A stretch of DNA of 50,209 bases from a virus (taxonomy: Duplodnaviria > Caudoviricetes), in IMG/VR virus record IMGVR_UViG_3300027373_000004, positions 1 to 50,209 of that record; one strand, given 5' to 3'. Position numbers and translations under genes: made by a program. Below the pieces are notes generated by a model. That model was not told where the DNA came from, ran no database searches, and saw only the letters and a list, made by a program, of their open reading frames with translations. Shown here in pieces: positions 16,929 to 24,740 of the stretch; the first letter of the stretch is position 1; every line of letters begins with the position of its first letter.

Positions 16929-17185
16929 ACCCATTGACCTGGCTGAAAAAAGCGATCGAGTACATCAAGCAGCGCTACCGCGCCCGCCGCTGCGCTTCTG
17001 GCCGGAATCTGTGGCGGGAATATACGGTCAGATCGAAGAAATTTGTTTTTTATCTCAGAGAGTGCCGGTGGTGCGATGTCTTGGAACGCCAGAATGCCGG
17101 GCCCATGGGCGATAAAAAATGGTATCCGATCAACACCCCGTTAAAATACCATTGGGAGCAGGAGGAGTTTGACAAGGCGCTGTAG
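16925..17185 (+). CDS. Hypothetical protein
   Basis: ATGA coupling; GAGG RBS; C...RECRWC. Confidence 0.6.
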   Translation: MNPLTWLKKAIEYIKQRYRARRCASGRNLWREYTVRSKKFVFYLRECRWCDVLERQNAGPMGDKKWYPINTPLKYHWEQEEFDKAL

Positions 17186-17191
17186 GGGGAA

Positions 17192-17268
17192 TGTTATTTC
17201 GACCGCAGGGAGAAATCTCTTCGCGGTCCGGACAATCCAGAGATCTCTCCCTGCGGTTCGAGATGACA
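17192..17268. repeat. Palindromic REP/MITE-like element (TGTCA-ended type)
   Basis: TGTTATTTCGACCGCAGGGAGAAATCTC...GAGATCTCTCCCTGCGGTTCGAGATGACA; ~28-bp imperfect arms. Confidence 0.7.
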
Positions 17269-17382
17269 AAAAACACCTTGTCAAGCTTTTCCAAAACCCG
17301 CACCTTTTGCACGACCCAAACGGTTTTTTCCCCGTTTTTTCGATTTCCTTATAAAATAGCAACATCCGTGCCAGTGCAACAA

Positions 17383-17424
17383 GTCGGGTACTACCGGTAG
17401 TATTGTACTACTGGTAGTACCGAC
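17383..17424. promoter_or_regulatory. Tandem 16-bp palindromes upstream of the late operon
   Basis: GTACTACCGGTAGTAT (17388) and GTACTACTGGTAGTAC (17405), followed by a T-tract. Confidence 0.55.
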
Positions 17425-17492
17425 CCCCTTTTTTTCCTCATTTTTTTCGCATATTTTCCTTGCAACAAGATTAACCCATGTTGCGAGGGACC

Positions 17493-17717
17493 ATGTCACA
17501 GCTCACCGACTGCCAGGAACGATTGGGGCTCTACCGCGCCGCCGAACGGACCATCCTCGAGGGCAACCAGTCCTACACCATCGGCACCACCCAGTTTACC
17601 AGGGCCAACCTTGGCCAGATCCAAGCCGAGATCCGCAACCTCGAGCAGCAGATCGCCCAGCTGTCCAACTCCGGGCGCCTCAGCCATAGCCAGGCCATCT
17701 TCGGGGGCCGCCGCTGA
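17493..17717 (+). CDS. gpW-like head-tail joining protein
   Basis: YRAAERTILEGNQSYTIG...TRANLGQI; directly before the portal gene. Confidence 0.85.
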   Translation: MSQLTDCQERLGLYRAAERTILEGNQSYTIGTTQFTRANLGQIQAEIRNLEQQIAQLSNSGRLSHSQAIFGGRR

Positions 17718-19297
17718 TGGGGACTCTCGGGCAAAAGCTCTTCGACGCGGTCACCGCCCTCGGTGCCGGGCTCCTTTCGCCCTTTTCTCCTGGCCGGGCT
17801 TTCCGCTATCGCCACGGCCGCGACGCCTACCGCTCATACGTGGCCGGCGAGACCTCCGGACCCAACCAGAACTTCCGTCCCCGCACCCGCAGCGCCGATG
17901 CCGAGATCAAGCGCGGCATCAAATTCATCGTCGCCCGCTGCCGGGACCAGGCCCAGAACAACCCCTCGATCCGGGGCGCTATCCGCCGGATCACCAACAA
18001 CGTCATCCGCCGGGGGATCAAGCCCCAGTTCCAGTTCCGCGACGCCCGCGGCAAGATGGACAGCGCCACCAATATCGCCTGGGAGCGGCTGTTCGCTCGC
18101 TGGGCCCGCTACTCCGACCTCACCGGCAAGCTCAGTTACTGGCGGCAGCAGCGCCTCGGCCTCTCGCAGATGTGGAGCGACGGCGAGTTTTTCATCCATC
18201 GCAGCTTCGACACCAGCATTCCGGGCGTGGTGCCCCTGCGCCTCGAGCTGATCGAGCGCGATCACCTCGACCTCACCGTCGACGGCATCCAGGCCAACGG
18301 CAACCTCGCCCGCCAGGGCAAGGAATTCAACGAGCGCGGCCAGTGCGTCGCCTATCACCTCTATCGCAATCACCCCGGCGACTATCAGGCAGGCATTGCC
18401 GGTCAGCGCTCGGTCCGCTATGAGGCCGCCGACATCATCGATGTCTACGATCGGGAGCGGATCAGCCAGACCATGGGCGTTTCCTGGCTGGTTGCGGTGG
18501 TGATGGAGAGTTTCAACCTCGAGGAGTTCCGCGATTATGTCAAGATCGCCGCCAAGCTCGAGACCGCCTTTGCCCTGTTTATAAAATCCATGGGTCCGGA
18601 TCTCGGCCACCCCGGCATCGGTCTCCAGCAGGTGCCCGGCCAGGCCGGGGCCTCCGAGTGGCCGACCACCTGGCAGGACATGCCCGATTATATCGAGCCG
18701 GGCCGCATCCAGAGCCTGCCCTTTGGAACCGAGATTGTCAGCCCAGGCCGCTCCACCCCCGGTACTCAGTACGAGCCCTTTGTCAAGGAATCGCGCCGCA
18801 CTCAGAGCGCCGGCCTGGGCATGAGCTACGAGGCCTATGCCAACGATCACTCGGACGCCTCCTATAGCTCGACCCGCTCAGGATCGCTCGAGGAGCGGCT
18901 CAGCTACGGCGGCATGCAATTGTTCATCAACGAGGAGATGAACGACCGGGTCTGCGCCTGGTTTGTCGAGGCCGCCTGGATGGCCGGGCTCAATCCCCAG
19001 CCCATGCCCGACTTCCGCTTCAACCCCTGGCCCTATCTCGAGGCGGTCAGCCAGCAGGATCCGGGCTGGACCTGGGTCGATCCGCTCAAGGACGGCCAGG
19101 CCTCCAAGCTCAAGGTCGAGAACGTGTTGAGCACCCGCCGCCGCGAGGCCGCCGCCCAGGGCGCCGACTTTGACGAGCTGCTGGAAGAATCGATGGAGGA
19201 AGAAGCCCTCCTCACCCCGCTCTATGAGCAGCGGGCCAAGAATCAAAAAATTCTGATGAGTATTGAGCAAGGAGACCCCGGCAATGCCGCACCGTAA
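17717..19297 (+). CDS. Portal protein, lambda family
   Basis: ARCRDQAQNN, DGEFF, PLRLELIE, SDASYSSTR, WVDPLKD. Confidence 0.95.
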   Translation: MGTLGQKLFDAVTALGAGLLSPFSPGRAFRYRHGRDAYRSYVAGETSGPNQNFRPRTRSADAEIKRGIKFIVARCRDQAQNNPSIRGAIRRITNNVIRRGIKPQFQFRDARGKMDSATNIAWERLFARWARYSDLTGKLSYWRQQRLGLSQMWSDGEFFIHRSFDTSIPGVVPLRLELIERDHLDLTVDGIQANGNLARQGKEFNERGQCVAYHLYRNHPGDYQAGIAGQRSVRYEAADIIDVYDRERISQTMGVSWLVAVVMESFNLEEFRDYVKIAAKLETAFALFIKSMGPDLGHPGIGLQQVPGQAGASEWPTTWQDMPDYIEPGRIQSLPFGTEIVSPGRSTPGTQYEPFVKESRRTQSAGLGMSYEAYANDHSDASYSSTRSGSLEERLSYGGMQLFINEEMNDRVCAWFVEAAWMAGLNPQPMPDFRFNPWPYLEAVSQQDPGWTWVDPLKDGQASKLKVENVLSTRRREAAAQGADFDELLEESMEEEALLTPLYEQRAKNQKILMSIEQGDPGNAAP

Positions 19298-19901
19298 CAA
19301 CATCCGCCAGATCCGCGCTGCCATCCGCGCCGAGTTCGCCCAGGCCGGGATCACCACCGGCATCTCGATCCGCACCGCCACCTGTCGGGCCGCCGTTACC
19401 GCCGACGCCATCCGCTGGACTCTGACCACCGAGCAGCCGGCCACGGTCTTTGATTGGGACCGCTGGGACTTTGTCGATGAGGTCCTGCTTCTGGACGGCA
19501 TGACCGTGCCCGCGATTAAGCAGGTGCCCCTGCTCGACTCGCACAGCCGGGGCAGCGTCGACGATGTTCTCGGCTCGGTCAATGATTTCCAGGTCGCCAA
19601 GGCCGGAGGCTTCATCGCCCTGGACGGGGCGGTCAGTTTCGCGGCCGATGAGAAAAGCCAGCGCACCCAGCAGAAGGTACTTGACCAGCACATCACCGAC
19701 GGCAGCGTCGGCTATCGGGTCACCCGATCGGTGTGGATCCCGGAGGGGACCGAGGCGGCGATCAAGGGCCGGACCTTTTCCGGGCCGCTCAAGGTCAGCT
19801 ATGAATCCGAGTTACGCGAGTTTTCGATCACGCCAATCGGCGCGGACACCCTGGCCAAGGTGCGTGGTTTGTGCGCGGGCCTGGTGGGCCGTTTGGCATA
19901 A
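19284..19901 (+). CDS. Prohead maturation protease
   Basis: VPLLDSH, SVGYRV, ELREFSITPIGAD. Confidence 0.88.
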   Translation: MPHRNNIRQIRAAIRAEFAQAGITTGISIRTATCRAAVTADAIRWTLTTEQPATVFDWDRWDFVDEVLLLDGMTVPAIKQVPLLDSHSRGSVDDVLGSVNDFQVAKAGGFIALDGAVSFAADEKSQRTQQKVLDQHITDGSVGYRVTRSVWIPEGTEAAIKGRTFSGPLKVSYESELREFSITPIGADTLAKVRGLCAGLVGRLA

Positions 19902-19940
19902 TCCCGGCATCGTGCCGGCAACATCAACGGGAGAGGTATA

Positions 19941-21452
19941 ATGCATCCCAAATTACGAGCTTTTTTACTGGCAAATGGACTCCGCGCCGACGCAACGGAA
20001 ACAGAGGCGTGGGAATTTCACAAACAACTGCAGGCCGACAATATCATGTACAACGGCCCGGAGCGGTCCGAGCAGGATCAGCAGGGCCAGCGAGCCGATG
20101 GGCAAGTTCCGGCGACCCAGGTAGTTGCAACGACTCCTGTCCAGACGGTTGTCGACCAGGCCGCCATCGACCGCGCCATTGCCGCCGATCGCCAGCGCTC
20201 CGCCGACATCGAGGATGTCTGCACCCGTGCGGGCATGGACGCCAAGGCCATCAGCGGCCTGGTTCTCTCCGGGGCCACGGTCGACGCGGCCCGCACCGCC
20301 GCCTTCAACCACCTGACCGCCAACTCGCCTCCCCTGGGAGCGGGTGCCGGTCAACGGCTGCAGGTAGGAGCAGAATCCCGCGACAAGCTCCGGGCCGCCG
20401 TCACCGATGGCCTGTTGCTTCGAGTTGGCCAGCGGTTAACAAAACCCGCCGAAGGAGCCCGTGAATTTAGGGGCAGAACGTTGGTTGAGATCGTGCGAGA
20501 GACAATGATTGCCGCCGGAGTCAACGTGCGCGGGCTCTCTAACCGGGAAATGTTGTCCCGCGCCCTGGGGTCTGTTTCGCAATCCGACCTTCCCAACATC
20601 TTCGCCGCCGTCGTCAATAAAGTGTTGCTCAACGCGTATGCCGAGTGGCCTCAAACCTGGAGACCGTTTGTCGCTATTGGCGGCGCCAACGACTTCCGCG
20701 ATATGCATGCCCTCCGGCTTTCCGGGGCTCCTGACCTCAAAGGAATGAATGAAAACGGCGAGTATCAGACCGCCGAGTTTTCGGACGCAGGGGAAAAGTA
20801 CCGCGTGATCCGCAAAGGAATCAAGGTGCCCTATACCTTTGAGATGATCATCAACGATGATACGCGCGCCTTGACCCGCACGCCCACTTTGTTCGGAGCA
20901 GCCGCAAAGCGGATGGAAGGCGACGCGGTTTACTCGTTGATCACCAGTAATGGCAACATGAGTGACGGCAAGGCTGTGTTCCACGCCGATCACAATAACC
21001 TCGGGACGGCGGCCGCTTTAGCTGCGGAAACCCTCGATACTGGGCGGAGCGCCATGCGGATGCAAACCGGCATGGCCGGAGAGGCTATCGACGCCGAACC
21101 TGCTTTTCTTTTGACGCCGGTGGCCCTGGAGACAAAGTCGGATATTTTGCTCCGTTCCGCCGCTTATCCGGTGGCCAACTTTTCCGAAGGGGTCAAGAAT
21201 CCAACCTGGATGGGGAAACTGACACCCATCGCCGATCCTCATTTGGATCGGTCCAGCCTCACCGCCTGGTACCTACTTTGTCACCCCAACATGGTGCCGT
21301 TTATCGAGGCATCTTGGTTGGAGGGCGACGAGCAACCCTTTGTCGATGAGCAGATGGATTTCAACAGTGACGGCATAATTTATAAGGTCCGCCATTGTTT
21401 CGGCGCCGGCCTGGTTGATTGGGTCGGCGCTTATAAAAATCCCGGAGAGTAA
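19941..21452 (+). CDS. Major capsid protein (Mu gpT-like) with N-terminal scaffold-like region
   Basis: SDLP...NKVLLNAY, ENGEY, MIINDD, YKVRHCFGAG..DWVGAYKNPG. Confidence 0.9.
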   Translation: MHPKLRAFLLANGLRADATETEAWEFHKQLQADNIMYNGPERSEQDQQGQRADGQVPATQVVATTPVQTVVDQAAIDRAIAADRQRSADIEDVCTRAGMDAKAISGLVLSGATVDAARTAAFNHLTANSPPLGAGAGQRLQVGAESRDKLRAAVTDGLLLRVGQRLTKPAEGAREFRGRTLVEIVRETMIAAGVNVRGLSNREMLSRALGSVSQSDLPNIFAAVVNKVLLNAYAEWPQTWRPFVAIGGANDFRDMHALRLSGAPDLKGMNENGEYQTAEFSDAGEKYRVIRKGIKVPYTFEMIINDDTRALTRTPTLFGAAAKRMEGDAVYSLITSNGNMSDGKAVFHADHNNLGTAAALAAETLDTGRSAMRMQTGMAGEAIDAEPAFLLTPVALETKSDILLRSAAYPVANFSEGVKNPTWMGKLTPIADPHLDRSSLTAWYLLCHPNMVPFIEASWLEGDEQPFVDEQMDFNSDGIIYKVRHCFGAGLVDWVGAYKNPGE

Positions 21453-21491
21453 ATAATAAAAAATTCCGGATAACCGGATAAAAAAGGCCGC

Positions 21492-21517
21492 GTAGGGGCG
21501 GGCCTCGCACCCGCCCC
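21492..21517 (+). repeat. GTAG-family REP-like hairpin
   Basis: GTAG-GGGCGGG-CCTCGCA-CCCGCCC, intergenic after the capsid gene. Confidence 0.5.
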
Positions 21518-21537
21518 GGCCAAACGGAGGAACCACC

Positions 21538-21867
21538 ATGGCAAAAGGACACATCCAACCGGGCAATGTCATGCCCTACACCAACGCCACCGGTAGCGCC
21601 ATCGCCGCCGGAACGGTCGTTGAATTCGCGGGGATGATCGGCATCGCTCTGGGCGACATCGCCAACACCGCCACCGGCAATCTTGCCATCACCGAGGTTT
21701 GGGAAATCGCCAAGGACGCTACCGTGGCCATTGCCCAGGGCGACCAGCTGTACTGGGACGCCACCTCCAACAGCGTCGACAAAACCAACACCAACATCCC
21801 CTGCGGCAAGGCCTTCGCGGCAGCGGCCGAAGCGGCGACCACGGTGCAGGTATTGCTCAACGCCTGA
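21538..21867 (+). CDS. DUF2190-family capsid cement/decoration protein
   Basis: MAKGHIQPGNV...GIALGDIA...GDQLYWD...CGKA. Confidence 0.88.
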   Translation: MAKGHIQPGNVMPYTNATGSAIAAGTVVEFAGMIGIALGDIANTATGNLAITEVWEIAKDATVAIAQGDQLYWDATSNSVDKTNTNIPCGKAFAAAAEAATTVQVLLNA

Positions 21868-21897
21868 TAACCTCAACGCGCACCAAAGGAATTATTT

Positions 21898-22068
21898 ATG
21901 CCTAGAAACGTAGAATACAAATTTGATTTAGACCAGCCCGTTGTCACCCCTTTTGGTGATGATGGGATGATTACCATGCTGGGCTTTGACGATGGAGGAC
22001 CGACCTATTTTGTTAGAACAAAAGAAAATCCTGGTTGGTTTAAGGAAAAACATTTGGTTGCAAAATAA
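21898..22068 (+). CDS. Small hypothetical protein (56 aa)
   Basis: AAGGA RBS; MPRNVEYKFDLDQPVVTPFGDDGMITMLGFDDGGPTYFVRTKENPGWFKEKHLVAK. Confidence 0.6.
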   Translation: MPRNVEYKFDLDQPVVTPFGDDGMITMLGFDDGGPTYFVRTKENPGWFKEKHLVAK

Positions 22069-22073
22069 CCATT

Positions 22074-22379
22074 ATGGCCACCATCCACCAACAACACCTG
22101 GCCGACGTCGCCGCCATCCTCGCCGATCCCAACGGACCGGCCGAGGATGTGACCATCGGCACGGTTACCCTCCGCGTCATCCGGGATCTCCCTGCTCTGC
22201 TCCCGGCGGACGCGGAAGGGTTGCTGGTCGAGCGCCAGGTGCTGTATCTGCTCCGCGCCGATCTGGGGTTTTCCCCGGTCCCCGGCCAGGAGCTGCTGGT
22301 GGACGGCAGCAGGTGGATGGTCGAGACCTGCCCGCCGGGCGAGGTCACTGTCCTCAACTTGATGCGGTACCGGACATGA
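22074..22379 (+). CDS. Head-closure / head-tail joining protein
   Basis: Synteny; PVPGQELLVDGSRWMV. Confidence 0.75.
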   Translation: MATIHQQHLADVAAILADPNGPAEDVTIGTVTLRVIRDLPALLPADAEGLLVERQVLYLLRADLGFSPVPGQELLVDGSRWMVETCPPGEVTVLNLMRYRT

Positions 22380-23011
22380 TCTCGATCAAGGTCGATCAGC
22401 AGGCACTTGGCCAACTGCTTGGCAAGCTGGAGAACCTGCCCAAGGGACTGGCCACGGCCACCAGCCGGGCAGGCAACAAAACCCTGACCGCCACCAGGGC
22501 CGAAATGGTGCGCCTGATCCGGACCCGTTATGCCATCAAGGCGGGCGATGTCCGCAAGGCCCTGGTGCTGCGCAAGATGTATCCCGCCCAGTTGGAGGGC
22601 AGTATCAAGGGGGAGAGTTCGCCCGGCGTGCCCCTGCTCACCTTTGCCAGAACCAAGGCCCTGCCCTCCACCAAAAGGACCAAGGCCGGCGGCTACACCC
22701 CCAAGGTGGGCATCCCGGTGCTGGTCCGCAAGGACAAGGGCCGCCGCACCGTGCGCGGCGCGTTTACCGCCAAGATGCAGAGCGGTCACAAGGGGGTTTT
22801 TGTCCGGGGTTCGCGCTGGAAGGCCGGCCGCAAAACCACCAAATCCAACCTGGGTCAGCGGGAGATTGTCGAGCTGTACGGACCGACCCCGGTCAAGCTG
22901 CTCGAGGCCTCGGCCAATGCCGGTCACATCGAGCAGTTTGCCCAGGACTCACTGGACAAAAACATGCAACATGAGGCGGAATTCTACCTCCGCCAGCAAG
23001 GACTGCTATGA
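22376..23011 (+). CDS. Minor tail protein Z-like (tail completion)
   Basis: Basic; ATSRAGNKT...YAIK...AFTAKMQSGHKGVFVR...IVELYGP. Confidence 0.8.
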   Translation: MISIKVDQQALGQLLGKLENLPKGLATATSRAGNKTLTATRAEMVRLIRTRYAIKAGDVRKALVLRKMYPAQLEGSIKGESSPGVPLLTFARTKALPSTKRTKAGGYTPKVGIPVLVRKDKGRRTVRGAFTAKMQSGHKGVFVRGSRWKAGRKTTKSNLGQREIVELYGPTPVKLLEASANAGHIEQFAQDSLDKNMQHEAEFYLRQQGLL

Positions 23012-23454
23012 ATACGCTTGTTGCCGCCGTTGCCGCCCGCTGCACTGCTCTGGTGGCCAGCCAGTTTTTTGACGACCCCAACACCGAAGGCGTCGGCGTG
23101 CCAATCACGGTCCATGCCCATGCCCTGCCGGTGGTCGACACCCCTGACGACCGGGCCGAACAGAGCCCCTATGTGGTGGTCCGGCTGGTTGGGATCGAGG
23201 AGTCGGCCGGGAAATATACCTCGATAGTCCGCATCATCGGTGAGATCTACACCGCCGATGGCGTCGCCGAGGGCATGGCCGATCTGCTCCGCCTGGTCGA
23301 TTGCCTCCGCCCCCTGGTGGAGCGCGGTCCCGGCAACATTGCAGGTTATAAACTCATCCCGCCGATTGTCTGGCAACTCGGCGACCGGGAGACGGGCAAT
23401 CAGCCCCATCCCTTCTATCAATTTCAAGCCGACCTCCGCTTCGCCGGGGTCTGA
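23008..23454 (+). CDS. Putative tail terminator protein
   Basis: Synteny; PYVVVR and QPHPFY motifs. Confidence 0.65.
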   Translation: MNTLVAAVAARCTALVASQFFDDPNTEGVGVPITVHAHALPVVDTPDDRAEQSPYVVVRLVGIEESAGKYTSIVRIIGEIYTADGVAEGMADLLRLVDCLRPLVERGPGNIAGYKLIPPIVWQLGDRETGNQPHPFYQFQADLRFAGV

Positions 23455-23466
23455 GAGGTATCCCCC

Positions 23467-24240
23467 ATGAGTTTATCAGTTTCTTCGTTCACAGGTACAA
23501 TTTTTGGCCGTGAGGTCGATGCGGTCGGTGCCCCTTTAGCCGGATCGTTTTGGATGGATATCGGCGAGGTCTACCCCTTGGAGACGCAGGTCGTCTCCAA
23601 GGAGGTAAAGGTTAAAAGCCGCAAAGTCGCCACTGCTGGGCAGATCATCGGGGCCAAGGCCGATATCGATGACATCACCGGGAGTATGACCCTCCGCCAG
23701 TGGAATGCTTTCAATCTGGCCCGTTTTTTTTCCGGCACCGAAAGTTTATTGACCGGAGCTGGCGGCACCATGTCTCCCACCGAATTCACCGCCCCAGCTC
23801 CTGGGAAATGGATAGAGCTTGGGCATCAGGATTTCACCTCCCTGACCGTCACCTCCAGCCCGGCCGGAACCACCTATGTTTTAGGCATAGATTACGAATA
23901 CAACGCCACCCTCGGTCTATTTACCACTGTCGCCGACGGAGATCTGGATGCCGGAACCGTTGCGGTGTTGATCGGTGGTGCCTATGCAGCGCAACGCGAT
24001 TACCGCATCGAGATCGGAACCAGGGCGCAAACCAGGATGGCGATCAAGGGAGAACTGTACAACGAATTTTCAGGCATCAAACATAAACTCGAATACGATT
24101 GCGTCCTCCTCACTGCCGCTAACGCCGTCAACCTGGTCAGCGAAGATGGCAGTGAAGGCGAACATCTGCAGTTTACCAACACCTACATCACCATCCCCGG
24201 AAAAACCAGTCCGGGCCGGATCGACGGCGTCCCGATGTAA
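23467..24240 (+). CDS. Major tail tube protein
   Basis: Synteny; FNLARFFSG and TYVLGIDYEYNATLG; followed by a terminator; no sheath gene seen. Confidence 0.78.
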   Translation: MSLSVSSFTGTIFGREVDAVGAPLAGSFWMDIGEVYPLETQVVSKEVKVKSRKVATAGQIIGAKADIDDITGSMTLRQWNAFNLARFFSGTESLLTGAGGTMSPTEFTAPAPGKWIELGHQDFTSLTVTSSPAGTTYVLGIDYEYNATLGLFTTVADGDLDAGTVAVLIGGAYAAQRDYRIEIGTRAQTRMAIKGELYNEFSGIKHKLEYDCVLLTAANAVNLVSEDGSEGEHLQFTNTYITIPGKTSPGRIDGVPM

Positions 24241-24274
24241 TGGGGTACGATCCGTAACTGATTATTCAATATGC

Positions 24275-24301
24275 AAGGGGCGGGAGACCGCCCCTTTATT
24301 T
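24275..24301 (+). terminator. Intrinsic terminator after the tail tube gene
   Basis: AAGGGGCGG-GAGA-CCGCCCCTT then TATTT. Confidence 0.7.
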
Positions 24302-24312
24302 AAAGGGAAATT

Positions 24313-24600
24313 ATGAATTGTGTCACAGTGAAACATAAGGGCTTAGATCTCGTGGTCCGCGAACTGACAGTTGGCGAGCTGGAAGCTGTCCTTGCAGACG
24401 ATGAGGTGACCACCTTTGACCGGGTGTTTGATGGGTCAATGGTGACCGAAAATATGGTGCGGATCTGCACAGGCCTTGGTGCCTCAGAGGTGCAGCAAAC
24501 ACATCCATCTGAGCTGCGGCCTGTGGTTGAGGCAATCAAGGAGGTAAACACCGATTTTTTGTCCGGAATGGCCAGCATCATGGCCAGAAGGGTAAAATAA
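24313..24600 (+). CDS. Tail assembly chaperone (gpG-like)
   Basis: VRELTVGE...PSEL...KEVNTDF; between tube and tape measure genes. Confidence 0.8.
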   Translation: MNCVTVKHKGLDLVVRELTVGELEAVLADDEVTTFDRVFDGSMVTENMVRICTGLGASEVQQTHPSELRPVVEAIKEVNTDFLSGMASIMARRVK

Positions 24601-24740
24601 CCGGCAATCTCGATCCTCGGGCGCTGCTCTGTCGGCAAGTGTGCGAGTGCGTGGCGTTTGGCCATAGAGATGTGTGGCGGTGGCCTGTAAGTCGTTTTTT
24701 CATGGTCCGGAGTGAGCTGGTGAAACTGTATGGGAAATAA
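24555..24740 (+). CDS. -1 frameshift extension of the tail chaperone (gpGT-like)
   Basis: In-frame T TTT TTG at 24555-24561; -1 frame open to TAA at 24740, encoding ...FGHRDVWRWPVSRFF... Confidence 0.7.
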   Translation, partial: FFVRNGQHHGQKGKITGNLDPRALLCRQVCECVAFGHRDVWRWPVSRFFMVRSELVKLYGK

